Shown here: one piece after another, positions 25,675 through 38,582 of the stretch
How the letters are laid out: each line of letters opens with the position of its first letter
Numbering within the stretch: position 1 is the first letter of the stretch
Assembly (NCBI RefSeq): GCF_035594765.1
Contig: NC_085842.1
Span: 64,766,782 to 64,830,781 of the forward strand
DNA length: 64,000 nucleotides
Reading direction: 5' to 3'
Source: Anolis carolinensis
Lineage: Eukaryota
The notes under the pieces: generated by a model
Told to the model about the DNA's origin: nothing
Database searches by the model: none
What the model saw: the letters and a program-made list of their open reading frames with translations, nothing else
Program-made: the position numbers and the translations under genes

Positions 25675-26975
25675 CAACAGAGCAGCTTCAGGAGTGAAAT
25701 CGTGTTCCAGCCTTGTGTGGACTTCGCAAAGTCCGCAAATCCAGTTTCCTTGCCTTGCTTATTCAAGTATTCAAGAATTGCCTTGCCTTGTTCATAGTCA
25801 CGGACCTTGTTCCTAGAATCAAGTTTTGTTTCCAGCCTTGTTGTGGATTTTACCTTGGACCTTTGAAAGACCCTGGACAATTCCCCACACTATTGCTTGG
25901 CAATAGTGTGTGTTTCGGTTTATTGGATTTTATTTTTGGACTCTAATATCATTTATTGGACAAACTATTTCTGGACTATATTTGACATCATTTGAAAGGT
26001 CTGCTTCTGGACTATACTTTCTGCTTGTTTTTATCATTCTTATATATTTCCTTAATAAAGATATTAGATAGTTTATTGGCCTCCGTGTATGGTTCTTGGT
26101 GCTCCGCTGCCTTGAGCGTGACAAGTTGTAACGTTTACCTCTTCCATTTCATGTAGATCCTTGGTTATAGTTACTCCTAAGTATTTTATTTTGTTCTTAA
26201 TCTTTATTTTCATTTTAGCTTGTTTCATAAAGTCGTCTTCTTCCTTTTTTGTATAGTTAAGTAACATCATTTCTGATTTATTCCAATTGATTTGTAAACC
26301 TGTTATTTTACCAAATATCTCTAAATGTAATTTTATTCTGTCCATATTGGCACACATATTCTTAATTGTCAATAGCGTATCGTCTGCGAATAAATTAATT
26401 TTTTGTTTTGTTGTTGTTCCAACCCCTTCTAATTTCTCATCTTTTCTTATTACATTTGCAAGTAATTCTATTGCTATGGCAAACAGTATTGGCGACAAAG
26501 GGCAGCCTTGTCTTGTTCCCCTCGTTACCTTTATTTCTCTTGTCACTCCATCGTTTATGGTTACTATCGCTGTATTGTTTGAATAAAATTGTTCTATCAA
26601 TCCTTTCATTTTATTCCCTATTCCGAATTTATTCATAATTGTTTTTAATGTTCTCCATTCCACACAATCAAATGCCTTGAATATGTCCAGAGCTAATATC
26701 CCTACTTTTGTTTTTTCATATTGAGATACCTAAACTTTATTTATTACTCTCCCTATTAAATTTGGCATTTCCCTCCCTTTCACGAAACCACACTGATCAG
26801 TCTTTGTATATTTATACATACAATTATTCATTCTTTTCGCCATTATAGCTGATAATATTTTTGAATCTTGATTTATTAGAACAGGCCTTTGTTTGGTATA
26901 ATTCTTTATAGAATTCTTCAAAAACCTCTATTTTTTCTTTCACTTTTTCTTTTGAACCTCAAATTTTATGTCTGA

Positions 26976-27253
26976 TTTTTTTTTCATGTCAGGAGCAACC
27001 TGAGAAACTGCAAGTCGTTTCTGGAGTGAGAAAATTGGCCGTCTGCAAGGACGTTGCCCAGGGGACACCCGGATGTTTTGATGTTTTTTACCATCCTTGT
27101 GGGAGGCTTCTCTCATGTCCCTGCATGGAGCTGGAGCTGATAGAGGGAGCTCATCCATGCTCTCCCCAGGTGGAATTCGAACCTGGCAGCTTTCAGATCA
27201 GCAACCCAACCTTCAAGTCACAAGGCTTTAATCCACTACGCCACGGGGGCTCC
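26976..27253 (-). mobile_element. tRNA-derived SINE (Anolis SINE2 type)
   Basis: 9-bp TSD TATGTCTGA; poly-T tail; B-box GGTTCGAATT on the minus strand; homologous to 47853-48118. Confidence 0.88.
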
Positions 27254-27782
27254 TATGTCTGAAACGACATGTTTATACTTCATGGTTCAGGTTCTTATGA
27301 TGGTGTACATCTGCTTAAAAAGAAATCTGAATTTTAGATGCTTGTCCTCAAGCCATTGTGAATTTAGATCCCAAACTCACTTTAACCAAAGAACACAGAA
27401 CAGTTTACTAGTGAGTTACCATAGAGACAGTAATTGTTGCTTTTGAAATAATTCAGAAAAGTTTAACAAGGTTACACAGTTTTAAAAGAGTACAAACAAG
27501 AAATGAAAATTGCAAAGTATCATATAGCCATGCTACTAGATGGCAAGTCATGTTTAGTTCTTTCCATTTATGGCATCTTAAATTTGGAGTTTGAACATAT
27601 GGTTTTGTTTATTTGAGAAGTTGCCAATGCAGCCCTCCAGGTTTTGCCTAATTGAAACTTATATCAGTCTTAGCCTATACCCAGCTGTATGGAAAGCTGG
27701 GAGTCTCCGTTCAGTAACATTTGAATGGCCACAGTTTTCCCATCATTTATATTCTTGCTTTCTCCTATCAAATTCAGAGAAA

Positions 27783-27876
27783 CATAGAATTATAGAATTA
27801 TAGAATCATAGAATCGGAGAGTTGAAAGAGACCTCACAGGCCATCCAGTCCAATCCCCTGCAAGAAGCAGGAAAAT
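27783..27876 (-). mobile_element. CR1 3' end with 8-bp terminal repeats
   Basis: (CATAGAAT)n followed by GAGACC..GGCCATCCAGTCCAA. Confidence 0.8.
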
Positions 27877-28544
27877 AGTATACATAAAGGACTGTCTGAA
27901 CAAGTTGTTATAAGATGTTAAGGTTATTTAAGTATTGTTACTGTTATGTGTATTTATGTCTTATATCTTCTATTTCAAAATTTAGGAGAGGTCAACACAA
28001 CTCTGTGACATATGTAAAAATTGTCTTGATAGCATCAGAGGAACCACCATCATAGCAGATGTTCCATATACCTTGCCTAAAATTACTTTTAGAAGACCAT
28101 ATTTCAGCAACCATCCATAACTGAACAGTGCCAGGATGATAATGTGGAATTCAGGGCATCATCCTGTCACAAAACAGTTTTGAATGGTTTCAACATATAA
28201 AATCACAGAGTTGGAAGAGACGACAAGGGCCATCCCGTCAAATTTCCTCATTTTGTGTTCTTTTCCAGAGTAATAATGCAAATTAGGACTAAGCCAAGGT
28301 AGGAGAAATCTGTACTGTGTATGGTTTTATATTGCAAGTGAAGAAATCACATTTTTGAATGCTCTCTTCTAAAAAAGAAACGGTTGAGTTGAAAACTGAC
28401 ATGAGGTGTAGAGTAGTAGGAAGGAAGGGAGAAGTCAAAAACATTTCTTCTTTATGTACTTGTCAGCTTTCAAGATTGATCTTTCATGTAGGACAGCACT
28501 AAAATAAATATTTTTTCACCTGGAGGAGGTACTTTAATAAACTT

Positions 28545-29030
28545 TTAAAAATATTTATACCCTTCCACCATCTCTCATAGGGACTTGTTGTGGCTTACAA
28601 ATAGCACACAATGGTGCCACACAACATATAAAATACAATATATCAACATTAAAACCAATAACACATTTAAAACCAGACATATAAAATTAGCAAGAGCCAT
28701 AGAGTCAAAATATGGCTAAGTATGGGTTAAAAATCCATGCTGTCATAGGCTGGCTGCTATCTTAAACAGTATCAAAGGCCTGTTGAAAGAGCCAAGTTTT
28801 TAGCTTTTTCCAAAAGTGCTGTAGTGTGAGGGCTTGCCTGGGAGGGCATTCCAGAGCCAGCGGGGCCATCACCTCTCTCTTGTCCCCACCAAACGCGTTT
28901 GAGACGGAGGTGGGGCTGTGAAGAGGGCCTCCCCGGCAGATTTTAGAGCCCATGCAGATTCATGGGGGGGATGCAATAGGCTGGACCTGAACTGTGTAGA
29001 GCTTTATAGGTAATAGCCTGCACTTTGAAT
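28545..29030 (-). mobile_element. L2 LINE 3' fragment
   Basis: Minus-strand KKLKTWLFQQAF C-terminus and L2-type tail. Confidence 0.75.
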
Positions 29031-29576
29031 TGTACTCTTCTAGTGTAGTATTCCGCTTGTATACAGCTTTAGAACTAAAAAAAAATACGATTCTTTTGAT
29101 TTTTTTCTTGTTTATAAACTTGAACCTTCAGTTCAGTTTTGTAGACATTGTGTCTGTTTATAGAATTTTCAGACAGTTTTTATAAGTGTGGTTTTTATCT
29201 GTTTATAATATTTATATTTTATGTGAAGTTCACAGCTTATATATGAAATAGTACTGTGACAGTATTCTAAACTTGAAATTAGTACCTGCATGAAAAACTG
29301 TATTTTAAGTGATGAAAGTTGAGTGCATTATCTGTCCAGGACGGTCAACAATTTGCAGTCTTTTCAGGGAAGGAAGAAGAATTTTACTATGCTGTTTTTG
29401 AAGAATATCTTGGCTCCATCATCTCTGTGCATATTGAACACACAGAATTTATGTAAAATATTAATTCACTTCTCAGACCAATCTGGTCTGATTAGTTGAG
29501 TGAGACAGAAACCATAGAAAAACAAGTCTAATGAATGAACTGGAACATGATCTTCTTACTGTTGTATCCCTTTTCA

Positions 29577-29579
29577 ATA

Positions 29580-29636
<57 letters not shown>
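29577..29636. repeat. (AAT)n microsatellite
   Basis: About 20 units, read directly. Confidence 0.95.
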
Positions 29637-31113
29637 TTAATTTCTTACTCACATTTCTTTGTGGCCCGAGGTGAGTTAAAATGTAGCTAGAAACATGATC
29701 ACTCTATTGATGAATTTTATTCAGCACTAGAAAAAAGAGGAATGTGATTTTTTTTGTGGCAATTTCTTCTTCTCTTTGGCTATTTTCTCCAAATGGACAG
29801 AATAAGAAGTGCATCCATAGCAGATTTGGTGGCTTGGGGACCACAAGAAGCATTAGAAATTCCAAAATTATATGCCTTTTAATTCCACCAGTGTAAGCCT
29901 TCTGGCAGTAGAAGGATCACAATTCTTAATGGATACATATAAGAATATAATTCCACAAAAGAATAAAACAAAAAGAGAAAACATATTAAACTGAAATCGA
30001 GTATTCTAATCAAGCTGAATGAACTGTGATCTTTTTCAAAGTCTTATTTTCTCCTTTCATTTCTTATCCTTAAAAGTTTTTGAAGTATAATAACTGATGT
30101 AACTCTAAGCTGTTAGCATCAAACTAATAAGTCCAAAGCCTTTGTACTGCTTAACGGAGCAAGATAGAAAAGGGTAAATGAACTATATTGATAGGAAGTG
30201 AGCATAGTCCTGGGCATGCCAGACCAGTTTTGTGCTTATTATTTGCAAGCTGAAGTAGATTTTACTTCATCACAAATCTATGAAAAGGAAATGTGATGTT
30301 ACAATGATCAAAAGTTCATAGAACAATAAGATAAAAAGTATTTGCTTATTTTCTGTCTTGGAATGTAATCTGTATGTGATACCACAACATGTATTTGCAT
30401 GAATTTGTTGCACAGATACGTATATCATCAAACATACATGGATATATCATTAAGGTATCATTAAACACAATACTGGAGAATACTTACTGTATAGTCTTAA
30501 AACCTTAAATAATACAAGAGAGGCAGTTCTTATCTATCAGGAAAAAGCCAATGTCCTAGCCTGATGTAAACCAAACTAAACCAAGTTATTTTATTGCTTT
30601 TGCCCATTGACCATTGCAATATAACAGAATAGTCTAATGCCAGTAGACTTCAGCAAATGTATATGGGACATAAGATAAAAGTGAAAAGTTTGAAGGCAAC
30701 ATTAAAAAAAAAAAACCTTTTAAGGTTGCTACCACTTGAATTTGTTTTACTTCTCAAAAATAAATCACTTAACCTTTATGCGGCCAAACTTATCTGATGA
30801 CTCCTTTCAGATACTAAAAATGATAACAGATTCAAAATAATAGTTCTTGTTATTATTTTATGATTCAAAAGGTAGATAAAGATGAAATAGAAAGTCTTCG
30901 GTGAAAGCATTCATGTAGATAGTTTTTTAAAGTAATTGCTTGATTAGTATGGCTCCCTACAAAGGAGCAGTGTATAAATACCTAGAAATAATTCTTATCT
31001 CATTGAGTTTTTTTTGTTTTAGATAATGAGATAACAATTTTAATTTAAAAATGCTTTAATATCTGACTACATAAACCATAGGAATTTCACTTTTTCTGTT
31101 TTCCTCCCAATAG

Positions 31114-31755
31114 GTAACAAAGAAAGTCAAGTCCATGCAGATGTTTCATACTCCAGTCACCTATGCCATGCAGGGTGACAGAGTAGGAATTTGTGTAACC
31201 CAGTTTGATCCAAAGCTGTTGGAACGTGGCTTGATCTGTACTCCTGAATCTCTCCAGACAATTCATGCTGCTATAATCTCTTTAAAGAAAATTCCATATT
31301 TCCGAGGCACCCTTCAGACGAAGGCTAAGTTTCATATAACACTGGGCTATGAAACTGTTATGGGAAAAGTGATGTTCTTTAGCCCTGCTCCTGATGACTT
31401 CAATAACGAACCTATGGAGAACAGTTTGGATTTTGGCAAGGAATATCTTTATCAAGAAGAATATCTTTGGAGAGACCCAAAGTCTTCAGAAGAAAACAAG
31501 GAGAATGACCAAACTGGAGAAAGACAGATCCCTAAACAACAGTGGGCTTTACTTGAGTTTGAAAAACCAGTCACTTGTCCTAAATTGTGCCTTGTGATTG
31601 GCTCAAAGCTGGATACTGATATTCATGCAAACACCTGTAGGTTAGCATTTCATGGTGTACTCCTACAAGGAATAGAAGACAAAAATTATGCAGAGACATT
31701 TCTTCCAAAGCTCAAAGTTTACAAGCTGAAACATAAAGAAGGACAAGTGGAACGG
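31114..31755 (+). CDS. EEFSEC: EEFSEC internal coding exon (equivalent to human exon 5; domains 2-3), 642 nt, phase 0/0
   Basis: Polypyrimidine tract and TAG acceptor at 31111-31113; CGG|GTAAGT donor. Translation VTKKVKSMQMFHTPV..GDRVGICVTQFDPKLLERG..CRLAFHG..KLKHKEGQVER matches vertebrate eEFSec as I recall it. Confidence 0.97.
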
Positions 31756-34700
31756 GTAAGTTTGTATAATCCAAACCGAGTGTACCCTAAAGCAATTAGA
31801 ACATTTGTCAAAAATATCTTCAGGTGAAAGAAAACATAATAGCAAGGTGATTTTAAACAGAAAATAGCTGTTTTTTTGGCCAGTCTTGTAGTAACAGGGG
31901 AAATTGGACTATGTTGACAGAGTCAAAAGATCAAGACCCTGACTCCTTACTCTATGAAAAAGGGGTTCTTCCATTTGAGAGGGGGGAACTGTGGTCCAAT
32001 GCTAGTTTCCTACTGAAGTAAAGGGGTGCAATCCCTCTCTTTGTTTTGAGGAAACTACTTCTCTAAAACAGCATGGGGCATAGGGGAATTCAAGAAGGTT
32101 GCCATTTGGCTTTCTTGTCATCGGATGCAGAACTACGATTAGCATAAGTCTGGATCCAGTCCAAAGTCTTGGTTTGAAGACTGGGGGCATTTCAAACAGG
32201 GCTGGAAATCATTTTGGAAAATCCTGGTGTTTTGGATAACTCGGGACAGCAGAGAAGATACCACTTGTTCTGTTTCTATCTTCCTTACTCTGGAGCATTT
32301 CCTTAATGTATTTTTTTTTTGTATTTAGAGGTGTCATGCAGACATAGAGGTACAGCTTTCCTGGCTCAAAGTTGTAATGATGTTACATTGTTTTATTACC
32401 CTTTTTTGCTTGTATTTGATTTGAGACTTGCTTATCTTGGAATGACTTTTGGAGAAAGTTGCAGTGAAATGTTTGGTTTCAATGCAGGAAAGTATGAACA
32501 AATGAGTGATGAAATCACTGAGTGCTTTAAGAAAAGACCACAGTCTTATTTAATAGAAATACTGATTCAAATGGTCCCACCCTATTGCCGATGGATGTCT
32601 GGAGATTAGAATAACTGAATTTACAGTGTCTATTCTTGGCATTACTAGAGGAAAAGTGCATTCTCTTTGTCAAGAAAGGAAGTGGGTGTCTCCCCTCCCC
32701 TCCTCACTGCAATAGGGAAGCACTAAATAATAATGGAAATGTATGTTTTACATTAATGGGGAAATAAAATCTGCCTTAAAAATACTCCAAGGGCCAAACT
32801 GGATTTGTAACTTCTGAGCCAACTGAGAATGAAGGAGGGGCTGGGGCTGTAGCTTGCCAGTTTCATGGAAGTCTCTTCCTAAAAATCACAATATTTATAG
32901 TGCTCAGAGATTAGTTTTGGTTTACCATGTTCCTCATTCTTCAAGCTAGAATTAATATCATTCTGTCCACTGATTTAGAAGCTAGTTTTATCTTGCAAAA
33001 ATTATATTATTTTAATTACGTGAGTAATACTCTATTAGCACTGGTCACTCAGTGTCCCTGGTTCTGCTCTACCTTGTAAACAAGTAAAGAGAATCCACTA
33101 CAGATCATTCTGGCACTCAGCAAATAATTGCTCATCTGTTTTCATCAGTCAGAATAATGGCTTTAGTAGGTTGGATTAGATGGTCGTAAAGATTTATAAC
33201 CAAGTCTTTACTTCTAGTGCCACCAGTCACGTCCTCCAGCTGTCATGCTTCAACGGACCACCTACTTCTCACAAAGCTGTAGATGTTATCAAATGTTTCT
33301 AGTTTGTCTCTATCTAGAGAATTCAGGGTAGTTGGAATACTCAAAAAGAACGCTTTCTATCTTCTGAAAGCAGACCAGCATAGCTCTTACAATCACAGGG
33401 AAGAGACACTGTTTCTCTCATTAGATATGGTGTAACACAGTGACTAAGAGTGGGTCATTTCACTTGCAGTTTCCATCACTCCAGGTATGTGCACGTACAT
33501 ACACACATATACACCTCCTGGTAGCCCAGTGCTGTGGAACTGCACAGTGGAAGAGAAAACTGTACCATTTTTGTGTGCATATCCCTCTATGTCTTGGTGT
33601 ATGAAGAGGTCACTGTGATCTGTGTTTTCCTCAACCACAAACTACGTGGCCTCAAGAAAGCCATTCTCTTTCATTCTCCCTACCCCTGGAGCATTTGTAC
33701 AGTGGGAATAATAGTAATGCAGTTTATCTACCCTTTGTTTAATCAATTTATGCACTCTTTATGACTTCATAGTTACTGAAAGATTGTCTGTGAAAAACTC
33801 TTACCTGATAGAAAGATTCATTATTTTACCTAACATTTCAGTTCGTTTAAAAATATGAAATCTCTAGTGCTGTCCAAAAGTTGAAAAGTATTAGTGGGCA
33901 TGTAATCATATGAGTAAACTCCATTGCATCTAGTTTGTCATAAGTATTTATGTGGCCATCTGCAATGAGTTCAAAAAGTGAAAGGTGAAGCATAGATTCA
34001 TATGCTGACATTTTGCATACCTTTGTTTTGCAAATGTTTGCGCAAGCAAGGTTAGATCCTGAAATATTACTGCTTTACTCACGGTGTGGGATACTTGTCA
34101 ATGAGTAACCCTGATGGAATAGAAAGAGAAGGGGAAATAAAGCCCTTCACTGTATTTGCAAAGCATAGCCTGCCCTGCCTGTTGTTGTTTTGGACTTGTT
34201 TGGTGAAAATAAAACACATATTTCAGGGAGAATTGTTATTTGCTGAAACTATATACAGAAGTCCTTTGGCATGGGCAGAAATACTAGAAGGTCATTGACT
34301 AAACAAGGCTTCAATGTATTGTAAAGAGTGCATAAATTGTGCATAAAGTCATAAAGAGTGCATAAATTGATGAAACAAGGCTTCATTTGAATGTATTTAT
34401 GTAAGGTAGAGTACTGCATTTGTTTGCAGCAATAATTGCATACACTGCTAGGTTTCTGGATTTTCTTGTTGAAAAACCTACCTAGTGACCAATGTTTGAA
34501 GATCATAATGTGTGAAATGTGCTGACACATCTTATTTTGTGTTTATACAATGAAATAGAAATTACAGCTTTATGCAAGTCTTCCTTAATACCTCCTTTTT
34601 GATATATCACTGTGACTTTAAAAAGTCTGTGGGCATCACAAAAATCTTTGTAGGGCTTCTTATAGCCAGTCTACTTCCTTGCCAATGCCCAAGGGATACA

Positions 34701-35182
34701 GAATTGGCAAATTAGATCTTCCCTAGTTTCCCCATTTAAATCCTGTTGTATAAATCTGATGTTGCATGATGTCAGCGTTTGGCAGCAAACTGAACTGCCT
34801 AGCAAAACCTGTTTTTACCACCATTAATGTTTCAGCTGCTTTGAAGTCTGAACATGGGTTTGCTTGGCTGTGCTTGGCTGCTGATGGCATGCTAAATGTG
34901 ATAATAACACAGCAATGAGGGCACTCAGTGAATAAAAATGCACAATGCTTTTCCAGGTTAAATCCACAATAAAATAGAAGCATAAGGGATGTATTTATTT
35001 TTTGGCTGCTGTTCTGTTTGCGATTGAGCAATTTTGTGAAGCTTAGGAATGTGGAGATAATAGCATTCTCATTTGAAATACCATTTGCTTTTCAAAGTGC
35101 AGAAGATGGAGGGACAAAAATAAGAACTTTGGGTTGTTGTATGTCTTTCGGGCTGTGTGGCCATGTTCCAGAAGCATTCTCT

Positions 35183-35223
35183 CCTGACGTTTCGCCCACA
35201 TCTATGGCAGGCATCCTCAGAGG
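35183..35223 (-). ncRNA. Hammerhead ribozyme motif (antisense copy)
   Basis: Exact reverse complement of 35867-35907. Confidence 0.72.
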
Positions 35224-35866
35224 TTGTGAGGTATGGAGAAAACTAAGCAAAGAGGTTAATATATATCTGTGGAAAGTCTAGGGTGAGAGAGGTCAGTGTG
35301 AATGTGTAGTTAATCACTTAAATTAGCATTGAAAAGCTTATCTGCTGTCTTCTTCCTGCCTCTGGGGCATCCTTTGTTTAGAGTCGTTAACTGCCCTTGG
35401 TTGATTCATGTCTGGAAACCCTCTGTTTTCAGAGTATTGCTTTTTATTTACTGTTCTGATTTTTGAGTTTTGTAATACTGGTAGCCAGATTTTGTTCATT
35501 TTCATGGTTTCTTCCTTTCTGTTGAAGTTGTCCACATGCTTGTGGATTTCAATGGCTTCTCTGTGTAGGAGAAAGGAAGAAACCATGAAAATGAACAAAA
35601 TCTGGCTACCAGTATTACAAAACTCAAAAATCAGAACAGTAAATAAAAAGCAATACTCTGAAAACAGAGGGTTTCCAGACATGAATCAACCAAGGGCAGT
35701 TAACGACTCTAAACAAAGGATGCCCCAGAGGCAGGAAGAAGACAGCAGATAAGCTTTTCAATGCTAATTTAAGTGATTAACTACACATTCACACTGACCT
35801 CTCTCACCCTAGACTTTCCACAGATATATATTAACCTCTTTGCTTAGTTTTCTCCATACCTCACAA

Positions 35867-35907
35867 CCTCTGAGGATGCCTGCCATAGATGTGGGCGAAA
35901 CGTCAGG
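35867..35907 (+). ncRNA. Minimal type I hammerhead ribozyme motif in the Penelope pLTR
   Basis: cct-CTGAGGA-[stem II TGCCTGC..GTGGGC]-GAAACGTC-agg. Penelope-like elements are known to carry such motifs. Confidence 0.75.
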
Positions 35908-36850
35908 AGAGAATGCTTCTGGAACATGGCCACACAGCCCGAAAGACATACAACAACCCTGTGATCCCGGCCATGAAAGCCTTCGACAACACAATAAGAA
36001 CTTTAATGGCACAAGGTGAAAGATATGGTAATGCATAGAATATGAGTCATTGTACAACATTTGTTAATTGGTTACACAATTTTCCTGTGAAGGCAATTCC
36101 AAGGAAATAATTAATATTTTATTTTGAATGTAACAATAACATTACTTTGCTTTGGACAAGCATTAATTTGACAGTGCTTGCTAACAGAAATTGTAACTCA
36201 CCATTGCTCTTGTTGCTATTAGATAGATACACTAACATGTTTTGGCTTGTACAAGTGTTTGGACAACTGTCATTTATTTCTTTGGACTTGCATAAGAGTA
36301 ATTTACAAAGAACCTGGTTGCAATGAGAATATGATGATTTGCATGAGATCAAAAATCAGTTTGCATTCTGTTGTTTGTTAGAGACTACAGTCAAGAATAT
36401 ATATATCATTACATACTACCTTGTATTTTGATGAAGAAAAGAGAATGAGTTTGTGTTGAATTATTCATGGGCAAGAATGAAAATTTGGTTTTCCTAGCAA
36501 TTCAAACTACTTTGTGAAATGTCATATCTAAAATTATCCAAATTTTGCGAATTTCAATTGAATGCACATATTTTTGTGCTCAGACTGAAGGGCAATTACA
36601 TTCTAGTCCAGAAAGTGCCCTCCAAATCAAGTTAAACAGATTTCCCCCTATGTCTCCTCTATTTTAGCACTCTGTTTAGAAGTGTGCTGGTACTATTGCT
36701 TCTTGTCAGAAATCAGCAAACCTCAGCGCCATTTAACACTAGATTTTCTCTCTAATACTTTCTACTAGTTGCTACTGTAATTATTTGTTGTAAGCCTCAG
36801 CACTATACAGTGGTATATACCTTATCCATCATGCCGTTTAACTTCTAAAT

Positions 36851-36985
36851 CATTGTTTCTCAAACTGCGCTCCTCCAGGTGTTTTGGACTTCCGCTCCCA
36901 CAAATTCTAGCCAGCTTGCTAGCTGTTAGGAATTGTGGGAGCTGAAGTTCAAAACATCTGGAGGAGCACACTTTGAGAAACTATG
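36851..36985. mobile_element. Palindromic hAT MITE (135 bp)
   Basis: Fold-back sequence; 8-bp TSD TTCTAAAT/TTCTGAAT. Confidence 0.8.
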
Positions 36986-37619
36986 TTCTGAATGAAGATG
37001 CTGGTGTGGGGGGGAGAAGTCATGAGGAATTTTGGAGTAGGATGCCATCAATATGCTGATTCCACTCAGTTCTCCTTGTCAATGGAATCAACTGGAGCTG
37101 CACGAGGTGCTGGACTAGTGCCTGGATGTTTTGATGGGCTGACTGAGTGCCAGTAAACTGAAGCTGCATCCTGAATTGAGGTTATGTGGATTGATTGTTC
37201 TCAGATCTTGGAATTGTGTAAACAGCTTGTCCTGGATAGAGTTGCATTCCTTTACTTGTGCATATGCCACTTTGTCTTTCCCCTTTGAGTACTTCTACTA
37301 GCGGGGAGAGAAAGGATGAGGACATGCCAGATCAGGAGCTGATAGAAGGAGGTCTAAGGGTTGCTGCTACTTCTGCTGCAGAGAGGAGAACCCTTGGGTT
37401 GGAGGATCTCTCTGGCCCCTTTGGCATATGGCCTGGGATGGGCAAGACAACAGCCACTCACTGGAATGTTCCAGTGGAGCACAAACAGCATGGAAGTGGG
37501 AGGGAGCCCTTGGTTTGGCTGGAGTCCAGATACTGCCTCAAGCCAATCCCATGCCCTTCCCCATAAAATTTGTATGGCTAGAATTTTACACACACAAACT
37601 GACATTAAAAAATAAACTC

Positions 37620-37765
37620 ATTTGAAATGTGGTGTTGAATAAGAGTTCTGTGATCAGTTTGGACTACCAAAAAGTAAACTAAATGGATCCAAAAGGAAAT
37701 GAAACCTGAACTAACTAAATTGAGGCTACTATACTTTGGACATATCATGAGATAAGATGTTTCTC
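37620..37765 (+). mobile_element. Old RTE fragment
   Basis: Degenerate FEMWC..YFGHIMR coding remnant. Confidence 0.55.
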
Positions 37766-38279
37766 TAAAATTGTTTTATTTTTATTTTATCAGACTAGAT
37801 CTAATGGTCTTCAGAAAGGTTGATTTAGGCTGAATATTAGTAAATGTAACAAATGCTTGGCAAAATTGAAGACAATGAGAAAAGAGATAATTCATTTCAG
37901 GAAGTGTCTTACATATAACGTAATGTAGTGTCTCTGTATCCCACCTGATGACCTCATAAATTTCATAGGTAGTTTGCCATTGCCTTTCTTTTAAAAAGTG
38001 TAGCACCCAAAACTGAAGACAGTAATTCAGATGAAGTCTCATTAATGCCATATAAAATTGAACTATTACCTGCCATTATTTGGGGATGCTGTTTCGGATA
38101 AGTGCAACCTGAAACTTCATTAGACCGTTTAACTTTATTTCATTGATTTATTTATTTTGGAGCTACATCCCACTAATAATTCCTATTCAGCTTTGTAGTT
38201 CATTAGAGTCTTGCAATTTTTTCATGTGTATTAGTGCCCAGTTGCATATCCTCTCCTATGTAAATATATATTATATATA

Positions 38280-38582
38280 CAGTAGAGTCTCACTTATCCA
38301 ACATAAACGGGCCGGCAGAATGTTGGATAAGCGAATATGTTGGATAATAAGGAGGCATGAAGGAAAAGCCTATTAAACATCAAATTAGGTTATGATTTTA
38401 CAAATGAAGCCCCCAAACATCATGTTAGAGAACAAATTTGGCAGAAAAAGTAGTTCAATACGCAGTAATGCTATGTAGTAATTACCAAAATATCATGATA
38501 TATTGAAAACATTGACTACAAAAATGCGTTGGATAATCCAGAATGTTGGATAAGCGAGTGTTGGATAAGTGAGACTCTACTG
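38280..38582. mobile_element. Tc1/mariner MITE (family A)
   Basis: Perfect TIR CAGTAGAGTCTCACTTATCCAACA; TA flanks. Confidence 0.92.

Larger units (their letters stand above)
22895..26123 (+). mobile_element. Solo LTR related to 11355-12248, interrupted by an L1
   Basis: TGTGA...GTGACA termini; 5-bp TSD AGTTG (22890-22894, 26124-26128). Confidence 0.92.
21209..26950 (-). mobile_element. 5'-truncated L1 (ORF2 remnant), split by the LTR insertion at 22895-26123
   Basis: Minus-strand RT motifs QGCPLSP and FADD, LSWFGRIALVK, degenerate CCHC; T-rich tail 21209-21235. Frame rejoins across the LTR (NVTT|LRKA). Apparent internal deletion near 26880. Confidence 0.92.
35131..35992 (+). mobile_element. 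Penelope/Poseidon insertion forming a long inverted repeat
   Basis: 12-bp TSD AATAAGAACTTT; arms 35131-35520 and 35570-35959 are reverse complements; GIY-YIG C-terminal remnant. Confidence 0.93.

Noticed and set aside
1-31113. Upstream EEFSEC exon (DHCFSIKGQGTV region)
   Set aside because: Not found by eye; it probably lies 5' of the window. The terminal exon was likewise not seen after 54303.
31756-31827. C-terminal extension of the 230-aa ORF
   Set aside because: Lies past a consensus GTAAGT donor; homology resumes at 54147.
35338-35752. Twin 114-aa ORFs on opposite strands
   Set aside because: Consequence of the palindrome; chimeric Penelope remnant.
37255-37595. Possible LTR or 102-aa ORF
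   Set aside because: No clear TSD or termini and no second copy to compare.
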